Of a DNA stretch of 39,143 nucleotides, positions 26,656 through 35,622 are shown in pieces. Under the pieces are notes generated by a model, which ran no database searches, was not told the origin of the DNA, and saw nothing but the letters and a program-made list of their open reading frames with translations. Where the stretch lies: assembly GCA_964625145.1 (NCBI GenBank), contig CAZVAQ010000003.1:1-39143 (forward strand), read 5' to 3'. Source of the stretch: an uncultured Candidatus Sumerlaeota bacterium. GTDB taxonomy: Bacteria; Sumerlaeota; Sumerlaeia; SLMS01; JAHLLQ01. A program made the position numbers and the translations under genes. Numbering within the stretch: position 1 is the first letter of the stretch; every line of letters begins with the position of its first letter.

Positions 26656-28010
26656 AGATCCCCCGTGAATTGCGCGAGCTGTTTGGGAGCGTGCCCGGCC
26701 TTCTTGCCTTCGCAGTGACCAGCATTCTGCTGCTGGCATCGCTTTACCCGCTCATCATCATGGTGCGCACTGCCTTCATGTCCGTTGGCGATCCCATCGA
26801 AGGTACCCCTGCGGAGATCATCCTGGCCGAGGCCAACGACAGCGGGATGACCTTGCAGAACCTGCCGATGATGGCAGGAATGTGGGATGATGAGAGAGGC
26901 TTTGCGAGGGATGACTCGACATGGAACTACCGTGAATATAATAGGCCCAAGACGAATCCAGATGATGTCGTCGCTGGATTCGAGGCAAATCGAAACGGTG
27001 CCGCCTTTCACTTCACTTGGGGAGGTGACCTTCGACGCTTTTCCCGTTTCGAGATCGAGGCCAGCGAGGGAGATCGATGGTCAATCGCATGGCATAACAT
27101 CAACGGTGACATTGCAATCCAGCAGGTGGAGTCCATCACAGGTCCAATGTGGGTCGTACCGGACCTCAACATCTCTGTATCCTTACCGGTAGATCGCCGT
27201 GGCCAGCCATTTGACCCCGTCCAGATCACCGGGTTCACGCTGATTCCGCGAAGTCAGTCGGAACACTGGTTCCGCGTGACCCTTTACCCCCGCCTGTTCA
27301 CGTTTGCGAACTTCCTCGACGTCTGGCGCGGCGACAATTTCTCGCGCTACACGTTCAACAGCCTGCTCGTCGCCATCTGCGTCACACTGGGCAGCGTCAT
27401 CACCAGCCTGCTCGCCGGTTATGCCTTTGCACGCAGCGAATGGAAATTCCGCGGCGCCTTCTGGGCAATCATGCTGGGCAGCATGCTCATCCCCTCCCAG
27501 GTGCTCTTGATCCCCGCCTTCCTCATCCTGCAGCACTTTCCGCTCTTCGGCGGCAACGACCTGTTTGGACAGGGAGGCATCGGCATGCTCGATTCCTACT
27601 CGGGTCTGATCCTGCCGAACCTTGTCATGCCCCTGGGCATCTTCCTTGTTCGGCAGAGTCTGTTGTCGCTCCCCGATGCCTTGGAAGAGGCCGCCGTCAT
27701 GGATGGCGCCTCGATCCTGCAATTGTTGCGCTACATTGTGGCGCCGATGCTGCGCCCGATTCTGGCGACCATCGCATTGCTTGCGTTCCTCTTCAACTGG
27801 AACTCATTCATCTTCCCGCTCATCCTGATCCAGACGCCTGAAATGCGCACGCTCCCCGTCGGGCTCGCGCTCTTCAGCGCCCGGATGGAAGTGGACTGGG
27901 TGCATCTCATGGCCGCGTCTACCATCACCGCCCTGCCGATCTTCATCATGTTCCTGTTCTTCCAGCGGCAACTGATTGCCGGATTTGTCCACGAAGGAGT
28001 CAAGGGATGA
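26652..28010 (+). CDS. Carbohydrate ABC transporter permease (MalG/UgpE-like) with a large extracytoplasmic insertion
   Basis: FNSLLVA, AGYAFAR, LDSYSGLILP, EAA loop (LEEAAVMDGAS), WNSFIFP, TLPVGL. About 170 extra polar residues follow the first TM. Confidence 0.93.
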   Translation: MKIPRELRELFGSVPGLLAFAVTSILLLASLYPLIIMVRTAFMSVGDPIEGTPAEIILAEANDSGMTLQNLPMMAGMWDDERGFARDDSTWNYREYNRPKTNPDDVVAGFEANRNGAAFHFTWGGDLRRFSRFEIEASEGDRWSIAWHNINGDIAIQQVESITGPMWVVPDLNISVSLPVDRRGQPFDPVQITGFTLIPRSQSEHWFRVTLYPRLFTFANFLDVWRGDNFSRYTFNSLLVAICVTLGSVITSLLAGYAFARSEWKFRGAFWAIMLGSMLIPSQVLLIPAFLILQHFPLFGGNDLFGQGGIGMLDSYSGLILPNLVMPLGIFLVRQSLLSLPDALEEAAVMDGASILQLLRYIVAPMLRPILATIALLAFLFNWNSFIFPLILIQTPEMRTLPVGLALFSARMEVDWVHLMAASTITALPIFIMFLFFQRQLIAGFVHEGVKG

Positions 28011-28969
28011 TCGCCCACGCACGAACACTCCTGCTGGTTGCTGCCGTCGGATTGCTTTGTCACGGCTTCTGCGAGGCACAACAGCCCGGCACGGCTTATC
28101 GATGGCGGGCGCCGGGGGCATATTTCGGCGAGCCGACACCCATCTCAGACCGCGACGAGGCCAGCACTTCACAATCGTCGTTCAGCATCGGCTATCGCGC
28201 AGAGCCGGTCACCGAAACCCGCAGTCGCGACATACTGATCGGCAAGTACCGGGTCGTCCCAAATCCTGCCCTGGGCTATGCCTACGCAGGGTTCGCGATT
28301 CCATTCAACACGCCGATGGCCTTGAACAGTCAGGCGGCCTTTCAGTTCGACGCGCGCACCGATTCATCCATCGACCGGTTGGAAGTGGTTCTGCGCGACA
28401 CATCACGTCGCCGCGCCACCCATGTGGTTACGCTCGAACCATCGAAGGAATGGACCACCGTGTCGGTCCCCGCCGCACAACTGGCTTCCGTGGACCAGGA
28501 TGCCATTGAGAGCGCCGCCGTCGTTGTGCTGGCGCCGGGAGAGGGAACCATTGAAGTCAGCAACGTGCAACTTCCGGTTCGTGCACTCGTCAAGGATGTC
28601 AGCGTTATCGAGGAAATTCGCACAGCCCCCAAGTGGTACACCGATGCCGAAATGGGAGTGCGCGTGGCGCAGCGTCTCGACCGGCCCATCCTCATCCGCC
28701 TCAACAACTCGAGTGAGGGGGCCATGACGCGATTGGACAGTGATCAATGGCGCGGCGTCACTGAGCAGACTGTCAATATTGTGCTTTCATCGGAGGACTT
28801 GAGCTCGCTTCCGGAAGGATTTGAGCTAATGTCCTTCCGATCGCAAGATCCCCTGATCTACCTGTTTGGACCGGGCGGGGAATTGATCATTGATGCCGCC
28901 GCATCAGACAGTGGCGCAAAGTCAATGGCGGATGCATTGGCGAAACGGGCTGGGAGCCGAAGCCAATGA
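28007..28969 (+). CDS. Secreted hypothetical protein: CBM-like beta-sandwich plus degenerate thioredoxin-like domain
   Basis: Signal peptide. YAGF.IPF..P..L....FQFDAR...LEVVLRD...WTTVSVP...IEVSNVQL, then PKWYTDAEMGVRVAQRLDRPILI without a CxxC. Confidence 0.6.
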   Translation: MIAHARTLLLVAAVGLLCHGFCEAQQPGTAYRWRAPGAYFGEPTPISDRDEASTSQSSFSIGYRAEPVTETRSRDILIGKYRVVPNPALGYAYAGFAIPFNTPMALNSQAAFQFDARTDSSIDRLEVVLRDTSRRRATHVVTLEPSKEWTTVSVPAAQLASVDQDAIESAAVVVLAPGEGTIEVSNVQLPVRALVKDVSVIEEIRTAPKWYTDAEMGVRVAQRLDRPILIRLNNSSEGAMTRLDSDQWRGVTEQTVNIVLSSEDLSSLPEGFELMSFRSQDPLIYLFGPGGELIIDAAASDSGAKSMADALAKRAGSRSQ

Positions 28970-31587
28970 TTGCCAATGATGCCACCCTTGCCGGGCTGCT
29001 GCGGCAACTCTGCCGTGAGGCCCGGGCAGCGCAACGTGATGAGTCATTCCCTTCCTTCGGACACGGAGTCCATGCATTGCCCGGCAACCGCCTGCTCATC
29101 ACTCCCCGTGCTCGCGGCGAGAGCCGCTATCCCTACGTCCACGATGGCATGAACTTCTGGGTCTACGGCTCGGGATACATGCACGCGAACGATGGATTGT
29201 TTGCGCTCTTCCCACGCCGGACAGAGGGACAGGAGCCCGGCATCGCATTCATGGCCGCCACGCCGGCAGAAGATGGCTGGAAGCCTTTTCCCCTGTTGGG
29301 CGTTCCCCACACACCCGAAGACGACGCCGCGCCCGCTGACCGCTTTGCCGTCTTCTCCCGCACCCACGCGTGTTTTGTCACAGTGAGGGAAGGTTTGCGT
29401 TACCTTCTGCGAGTACTTCCGGTCAGTTCGCACGAGATCGTCTTCACTCTTTGCGTGCTCAATGAGGGTACTGCGCCGGAATCGTTGCTTCTATCCGCCT
29501 TCTTCAACCCGATGTTGCGACACCAACTTCACGAGACCGACGAGGACCGGTGGTTTCGCAGTGTTCGCATCCGGCAGCGGGCCGATCATGCGGCGTCGTT
29601 CCTCTTTCACGTCAATGAAGACAAGGATCGCACGACATCGCTGGCGCAATACGCCATCATCGACCGCCAATGTGTTGCCGGTGGGGGAGCACAGATTCAC
29701 CGGACGGAAGAAACACCCTCGCGAGTGGCCTACATGGGAGGTGTGTCGCGGTCATTGGCCAATGCGCGCTCCCTGCGCACTGGAACATTTGGGGAATCCT
29801 GCTCCCGGCGTACATTCGTCGAACCCACCATTGCGGGGGACATGATTCATCTACAACTTCCACCCGGGGGTTCTTTCCGCGCCGACTACGTGTTCCGGGT
29901 GACCGAGGATCATGATCAGGCTCTGCACTGGCACAAAGAGGGTACTGCCCACAGGTGCCTTGAGAACGTCGTCGCGGAGCGGGAAGCAGCCGAGACCCGC
30001 CTTGCGGCCTCACTGGCACTGAAGGTGGCCGAATCTCGAAGTGAGTCGCTCTCTGCTGACGCCTTCAACGCCTTCCTGCCGCACCTGATGAAGCAGGTGG
30101 AGTTCTGCTCCCTGATTCGCGGTTACGTGCAGCTTTCCGAGAACTCCCTGATCGGCATTCGCGACATCTTCCAGGCCCTGGAGGCTCTCACGTATTGGCG
30201 ACCCGACGCCGCCCGAGCCAAGATGCTCGAGGCCCTCGGCTTCACGCTGGAAGATGGCCGATGCCTTCGCCAATACTCGCTACCCAATCGCAATGGCGAA
30301 CCGGGCCGCGCCGACGTCCGTCCCTTCATTGACCAGGGGGTGTGGGTCATATCTGCGATCACCACGTACGTGCGCCTCACCGGCGATGCCGCCTTCCTTT
30401 CAGAAAGTTGCGGCTACCATCGGCTTGTGGATCCAGGATCAAGTCGAGTGGTCAAGTCGACGCGCGTGGATTTAGTGCTCGATCATCTGCGTCGCATCCT
30501 CGACTATATGCTTGCTCAAATCGACCCCCGCACCGGTTGCCTGCGCGCGCTGTACGGCGATTGGAATGACGCCCTGGATGGCCTTGGTACCCTGCCCGGT
30601 GATTCCGCTGGCTACGGCACGGGAGTCAGCGTGATGGCTTCGCTTCAGTTGCTTCAGAATCTGCGCGAAATGCGCGAACTGCTTCAGCATGTACCGAAGC
30701 CAGGTACCATGCAGGAACTCGACCGTCTCGGTGAGCAGGAGGAGCGACTGGCCACTTCCTTGCTCAAGCATGCAATACATGGTACCTCGGAAGGTTCCCA
30801 GCGCATCATTCACGGTTGGGGCCATGAAGGATCGTATTGCGTCGGCAGCTACCACGATGTCGATGGAGCCTCTCGCGACAGCCTCACCTCCAATGCCTTC
30901 TGGGTCCTATCCGGCATGCTCGAGCGACATCCACGGACACGCGCTGACATCCTTGCCGCGTTCGATCGGCTCGATTCCAAGTATGGCTTGCGCACGTTCC
31001 AGCCGGAGTTTCCGGCAGGGGAGGGGCGCTTTGGCCGCATTGGCAAGCTCCCGCCCGGCACCGCTGAAAACGCGGGCACATACGCGCATGCCACCGCCTT
31101 CGGCATCATGGCCTTGTTCGAAATGGGAGAACCGCAGCGCGCATGGCGACAACTCGAGAAGATCCTGCCCTTCGCGCCACTCCACACGAACCTCTCCCAC
31201 TCTCCATTTGTCATGCCCAACTCCTACGGCTATAATCCAGAGCTTGGGATCGATGGGCAGAACATGAACGATTGGCAGACCGGCAGCTCCAACGTCGTTC
31301 TCAAGACGATCCTTCGCCATGTCGTTGGACTTCGCGTGCAGGGAGACAGCATCCTGCTGCGCCCCGCTGCGTGGTGCCCATTCCGGAATTGGCAAGTTCA
31401 GATCACGGCACGTACCCGCCGCTTTCAAATCCACTACAGTTGTTCCGATGTTGGGGCGCGAACGTTTACTGTAAACGGAGAGCAATACCCCGGACAACTC
31501 AACGCACGAGAAGGAGCAGTCGGCATTCTCCTGGACCAATCGCATTTTCCGGAAAAGTCAATTGTGCAGATCGTCATAAGCGACTAA
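28966..31587 (+). CDS. GH94-family glycoside phosphorylase
   Basis: IGIRDIFQ (G.RD..Q), GDWNDALDG (catalytic DWND), GVSVMA, PGTAENAGTYAHA, WQTGS. No signal peptide. Confidence 0.85.
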   Translation: MIANDATLAGLLRQLCREARAAQRDESFPSFGHGVHALPGNRLLITPRARGESRYPYVHDGMNFWVYGSGYMHANDGLFALFPRRTEGQEPGIAFMAATPAEDGWKPFPLLGVPHTPEDDAAPADRFAVFSRTHACFVTVREGLRYLLRVLPVSSHEIVFTLCVLNEGTAPESLLLSAFFNPMLRHQLHETDEDRWFRSVRIRQRADHAASFLFHVNEDKDRTTSLAQYAIIDRQCVAGGGAQIHRTEETPSRVAYMGGVSRSLANARSLRTGTFGESCSRRTFVEPTIAGDMIHLQLPPGGSFRADYVFRVTEDHDQALHWHKEGTAHRCLENVVAEREAAETRLAASLALKVAESRSESLSADAFNAFLPHLMKQVEFCSLIRGYVQLSENSLIGIRDIFQALEALTYWRPDAARAKMLEALGFTLEDGRCLRQYSLPNRNGEPGRADVRPFIDQGVWVISAITTYVRLTGDAAFLSESCGYHRLVDPGSSRVVKSTRVDLVLDHLRRILDYMLAQIDPRTGCLRALYGDWNDALDGLGTLPGDSAGYGTGVSVMASLQLLQNLREMRELLQHVPKPGTMQELDRLGEQEERLATSLLKHAIHGTSEGSQRIIHGWGHEGSYCVGSYHDVDGASRDSLTSNAFWVLSGMLERHPRTRADILAAFDRLDSKYGLRTFQPEFPAGEGRFGRIGKLPPGTAENAGTYAHATAFGIMALFEMGEPQRAWRQLEKILPFAPLHTNLSHSPFVMPNSYGYNPELGIDGQNMNDWQTGSSNVVLKTILRHVVGLRVQGDSILLRPAAWCPFRNWQVQITARTRRFQIHYSCSDVGARTFTVNGEQYPGQLNAREGAVGILLDQSHFPEKSIVQIVISD

Positions 31588-31686
31588 ATGCTCGCCAATT
31601 GCTGCATACTGAGCTGTCTCTGCTCTCGGAGACATGCCCGCCAGCAATGAAGTGAGCTAGGCCTTTGTGAAGGCTCATGCCCAGCG

Positions 31687-33915
31687 TCACCACAGGCCGA
31701 ACATGTCAATTGTCGCTGCGGGCGCGGGCGCCGGGATGACCTTCACGGCGATGTCGCGCTCGAAATCGGGGACAGGCACTCGCAGTTCGCCGTCGGCACT
31801 GTGGGCGGTGGTGGCGTGGACGATGCCTGCGCTTGTCCACGTGTCGTGGAATTCCACGCGGTAATCGCCGTCGATCATGTTGCGAAAGACCATCTCCGTG
31901 CCGCGCAGGACGCCGCCATGCTCCAGCCCCCAATCGCTCTGCATGTCGTACAACCATGCATATGCATGGCTGGGTCCAATCATCCCGATGGCGCGGACGA
32001 TGTTGCTCACGGCGCCATCGAACTCGTATGACCGGATCCGCACCCAATCCTGGCCCGTGTTTACAATTTGAACAGTGTGACTTCCGGAGGCAAGTGGCAC
32101 TGTGATGACAAGGTTCGTCGCGCCATTCTGCAGGTCCTGGTTGCGAACCGTCGTGCCATCAACCTTGACCTGAATCCGGTTGGTGCCGGCGCTTGAGACG
32201 GTCATGACATTGATGCGCAGCACCGATCCCTCCGCCAATGTCAGCGTGAACGACGGGTCGGAACGCAGTGCGGACTGGTAGCTGCCGTGCAGCCATTGTG
32301 ACAAGCTGTCGATGCCGGGAAACATGCCGTCATCGTTGATGACGAATGCCTTCTGCGGCGAAGGAGCCCAAAAATCGACGATGCCCGGATGTGCCTCCAC
32401 CGTTCGCGGTTGCCCAATCTGCACGACCTCGGGATTGCGAAACTGTAGTGACTTGCCGGCAAGGGTCTCACCTTCCAGGTAGGCCGCGAGCGGCGCGAAC
32501 TGGGCATCGTGGCCGTATTGCTCGATGTATTCCCACCACCAGTACATCGCGCCCGACCCCAGCATGGCGGCGGTCCAGATGCCGTTGTGCAGGACCAAGC
32601 CGTCGACCAATTGCTGGTCATAGGGGGCACCGAGCGACCCGATTCTTCCCTCCGGCGTGCCGCCCGGTGCGCCGAACTCCGCGAACAGGACCGGCTTGCC
32701 GTAAGTCCCCAGCGTCGAGCGAAGCCTCTCGTACTGCCGGATCTTGTCGTCGCCATACTCGTGATTCTGCACGATCTCCATGGAGGGAAGCGACCAGATC
32801 GGATGAAAACCAGAGTGCTCTGAACTGGTGCTAACCAGGTGCCCGAAGGGATCGTTGGCCTTCAGCCATTCGCCCATCTCGTGATGCCACGCGGCAACAT
32901 TCGCGCGCTGCTCGGCGCTCTCGCGAAAGCCCTCGGTAAACTGGACCTCGTTGAACAGCTCCCAGCAAAGGACACTCGTCGAATACCCCCATCGCGCGAT
33001 GATGTAGCGAAGCCGGCGCTTTGTCAGCTCCTTCGCCTGCTCGTTGGTGAAGAACTCCTGCGGATTGTTCAGGAAGCCGCCATCGTCCGCGCGCGCGGCG
33101 TTGTAGGGGTTCTCCGACCAGTTGGGATTCACGGTCGTTGTGAACTGCCCATGATAGTGCAGCGCGATCATCAGCGCGATGTCGCGTTCCTCCGCCATCT
33201 CCACGATGCGGTCGATCCTTGCCGCAAGGGGAAGACTGTACCGCCCCAGGCCCTGATAGTAGCCCGTGTGGTGCGACGAACTCCATTCCAGCGATTGGCC
33301 CCGGTAGAAGTGCGTCATCCAGATCCGCGCGAAGTTCTCCCCGGAACCGGCCATCGCATCCATCCATCGCCGGTAATCGTTCGTTCCCGCGGCCGTCGCC
33401 CAGGCGATGTTGCGCCCGATGGGGTGATACGGCGAACCGTCGTCATGGGCCAGGAAGCGTCCATCGCGCGGATCAACGCCGACGTAGCCCGGCTTGTCAC
33501 TGTATCCGGCCAGAAATGATCCCGCGTGTTCCAGGGTCGACGTGCCGTTCAGGTCCGTCACGACCAGGTCGAAGAAATGGTGACCGGTCTGGCGCGGCGC
33601 GAACCGCACTTTCCACGATGGGTTGCTACCGTTGGTGATGTACTCCGTCGCCGTGCCGCTAAAGCTAAAGTCCATGCTCCAGAAGGCGGGCACTGTGACG
33701 GTTCTGCCATCCGGCTGCAAGATGACCGCGCGCGCATCGACTTCGTGATAGTCAAACGGGTTGTCGTATTGTTCGGAAAGTTGGAAGGAAACCTCGACCT
33801 TCTCGTACTGGCCCACCAGCCACGGTGACACTTTCACGCTGGAGACGTTCGTTGCCGGGAGCAAGCCTGCCGATGCGCACAGACCGGCAACAAGCGCGAT
33901 ACGGGAGAGAGGCAC
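31687..33915 (-). CDS. Secreted DUF5060 + clan GH-A (GH5-like) glycoside hydrolase with inserted beta-sandwich
   Basis: GTG start at 33915 with AAGG upstream and a signal peptide. YEKVEV..YDNPFD, WKVRFAP, GENFARIWM, RYIIARWGYS, WELFNEV, FAEFG, MYWWW. Tail PAPAPAATIDMFGLW. Confidence 0.85.
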   Translation of the reverse strand: MPLSRIALVAGLCASAGLLPATNVSSVKVSPWLVGQYEKVEVSFQLSEQYDNPFDYHEVDARAVILQPDGRTVTVPAFWSMDFSFSGTATEYITNGSNPSWKVRFAPRQTGHHFFDLVVTDLNGTSTLEHAGSFLAGYSDKPGYVGVDPRDGRFLAHDDGSPYHPIGRNIAWATAAGTNDYRRWMDAMAGSGENFARIWMTHFYRGQSLEWSSSHHTGYYQGLGRYSLPLAARIDRIVEMAEERDIALMIALHYHGQFTTTVNPNWSENPYNAARADDGGFLNNPQEFFTNEQAKELTKRRLRYIIARWGYSTSVLCWELFNEVQFTEGFRESAEQRANVAAWHHEMGEWLKANDPFGHLVSTSSEHSGFHPIWSLPSMEIVQNHEYGDDKIRQYERLRSTLGTYGKPVLFAEFGAPGGTPEGRIGSLGAPYDQQLVDGLVLHNGIWTAAMLGSGAMYWWWEYIEQYGHDAQFAPLAAYLEGETLAGKSLQFRNPEVVQIGQPRTVEAHPGIVDFWAPSPQKAFVINDDGMFPGIDSLSQWLHGSYQSALRSDPSFTLTLAEGSVLRINVMTVSSAGTNRIQVKVDGTTVRNQDLQNGATNLVITVPLASGSHTVQIVNTGQDWVRIRSYEFDGAVSNIVRAIGMIGPSHAYAWLYDMQSDWGLEHGGVLRGTEMVFRNMIDGDYRVEFHDTWTSAGIVHATTAHSADGELRVPVPDFERDIAVKVIPAPAPAATIDMFGLW

Positions 33916-33978
33916 TACCTTGTCCTTCCATGCCTTGCTGGCAGCGGGGTGTTGCACAAAGCTTCTGCATCGGGCCCT

Positions 33979-34037
33979 GAAAAAGACAAGCAGAGGAACG
34001 GCGTCGGGGTTGTACTCCCCTCGGGCCGTCCCTCTGC
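33979..34037 (-). terminator. Rho-independent terminator-like hairpin between the CBM-like gene and the downstream hydrolase
   Basis: Minus strand GCAGAGGGACGGC...GCCGTTCCTCTGC long stem followed by TTGTCTTTTTC. Confidence 0.7.
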
Positions 34038-34057
34038 CAGTCACCCCCTCGCCAGGA

Positions 34058-35263
34058 TCAGTAAATGGCGAAGCCATCCCCAGAGGCGGGTTGCGGTGGC
34101 GTGCTTTCCGCCACGGCTCGAATCTCATCCACGTACACGTGGTTGATCTCGCCCTGCGCCGTCGCGCTGGTTATGATGCCATTGCGCATGAGATGGGACG
34201 AGTTGAAAGTTTCGAGCGCATCATGATCCAAGGCGAAGACCAGGGTTTGGAAACCGGCATTGGCCTGCAGCGTCTGGGAATCATGGGTATGGTAAGTGTA
34301 GTATGCCGAATCGGAAATGAACCCGAACTCGTCCGGGACTGCTGACTGCGTGAAGTAGGCGACGTCCAGGGGGGTGCCGCTTTCGTTCTCCAGCATCATG
34401 TCGACTTCGATGAAGTTGTAGTTGCTGATGTCCGTCGGGCGTCCATCAAAGCCCGGCAAGAAGCCATTCTGCCAAGACCAGGCCGGACCGTAGGGCCCGT
34501 TCGCGCCCTCAGCGTATTGCTGTTGGTAGTACAATACCCCATCGGTATCCGGGTAATCGATGCGCTCAAAGCCGGTATGGTTCTGCCCCGAGTTTCCAAC
34601 GATCGCATTGCCGTTGAAGTTCATGAAGATCCCGTGGAAGCCTCCATCCGACGCCGTCGGAGTGAAGTCGCAATAGACGCGTGAAGTGAGCGGTGTCCCC
34701 ACCGAGCGCACTTCATCGATGTAGTATTGCAGCGGTCCCCCCGCATAACCGCCCGGGAAGGCTCGAATGCTCACTCCCCACCCCTTGATATGCGCGACCT
34801 GGGGCGGCGTCAGCGACGCCAGGTTGAAAGTGATCGTCTTGGCGGGCTCACCGGCCGTCAATGTCACGTCCGACATGCCAACAAAGGTGTAGGCGTTCGT
34901 GGCCTGAACAAAGAACTGGAGGTTGTGGGTTGGCAGGTCACCCTCGTAGCGGATGTCCATCTCGATGGCGGACAAACCGGTAAGATCAACGCCACCTGCC
35001 GACGGCTGGAACACTGCCCCCGTGTTGTTGTAGCTGTCAGTGATCGATCCGGCACCATTGATGGTGAAGGTCAACTCCGTGGTTTCTGTGTTCTCATTGA
35101 AGTGTGTCGTGATATTCGAGATCGTGCCCGAGCCTGTGCGCCAGGACTCGGTCGAGCCGTCCTCGAAATTGTTCAGCACATGGGGGCTTTGGGCAGTGAC
35201 CTGGGTGGAGAGTCCGCAAAGCAATGTCATCGCGAGTGCCGCTGCCAGCTTGTTGACTGCCAT
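34058..35263 (-). CDS. Secreted non-catalytic protein with two CBM-like beta-sandwich domains
   Basis: Signal peptide MAVNKLAAALAMTLLCGLSTQVTA/Q. NNFEDGSTESW, DLTGLSAIEMDI...YYIDEVR, then DISNYNFIEVDM...VYVDEIR. Tail PPQPASGDGFAIY. Confidence 0.75.
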   Translation of the reverse strand: MAVNKLAAALAMTLLCGLSTQVTAQSPHVLNNFEDGSTESWRTGSGTISNITTHFNENTETTELTFTINGAGSITDSYNNTGAVFQPSAGGVDLTGLSAIEMDIRYEGDLPTHNLQFFVQATNAYTFVGMSDVTLTAGEPAKTITFNLASLTPPQVAHIKGWGVSIRAFPGGYAGGPLQYYIDEVRSVGTPLTSRVYCDFTPTASDGGFHGIFMNFNGNAIVGNSGQNHTGFERIDYPDTDGVLYYQQQYAEGANGPYGPAWSWQNGFLPGFDGRPTDISNYNFIEVDMMLENESGTPLDVAYFTQSAVPDEFGFISDSAYYTYHTHDSQTLQANAGFQTLVFALDHDALETFNSSHLMRNGIITSATAQGEINHVYVDEIRAVAESTPPQPASGDGFAIY

Positions 35264-35390
35264 GGGTGCATACCGTCCTGTCTTGGGATGGTGGAGCCCA
35301 TGAAAGGGGCTCCGGGGGGGTCTCATTGCCGCTCGCATCTACTGTCCTCGCCTGCCGTTTGGGGAGGTTCCTCTGGTGGCCGGCAGGGTC

Positions 35391-35508
35391 GGAAAACATT
35401 TTCCTTTATGGGGGCGAAACCTGCACATCCTCCGAACCGCTGTCAACGGAAAACCGATCAGGTTCAAAGCGACTTCGAGATCCTTTCCAGTCTCGGAAAA
35501 CCTTGTCA
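35391..35508. promoter_or_regulatory. Candidate LacI-family operators and minus-strand promoter upstream of the 35263 gene
   Basis: Near-perfect palindrome GGAAAACATTTTCC (35391-35404), plus GGAAAACCGATCAG (35448-35461) and GGAAAACCTTGTCA (35495-35508). TTGACA on the minus strand at 35441-35446. Confidence 0.5.
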
Positions 35509-35622
35509 TTATGCGCTGATTGCTCCGTTTCGAGTTCCGGCAACCGTCCCGAATCCCGCGAGGACAACGGCTGTCAGTTGCATCGCTCCATGCGGGGAAA
35601 ATCATTTACCGGAATGCGGAGT

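Noticed and set aside
33916-34128. N-terminal extension of the 813-aa ORF
   Set aside because: It overlaps the upstream gene and terminator hairpin. The signal peptide starts at the GTG at 33915.
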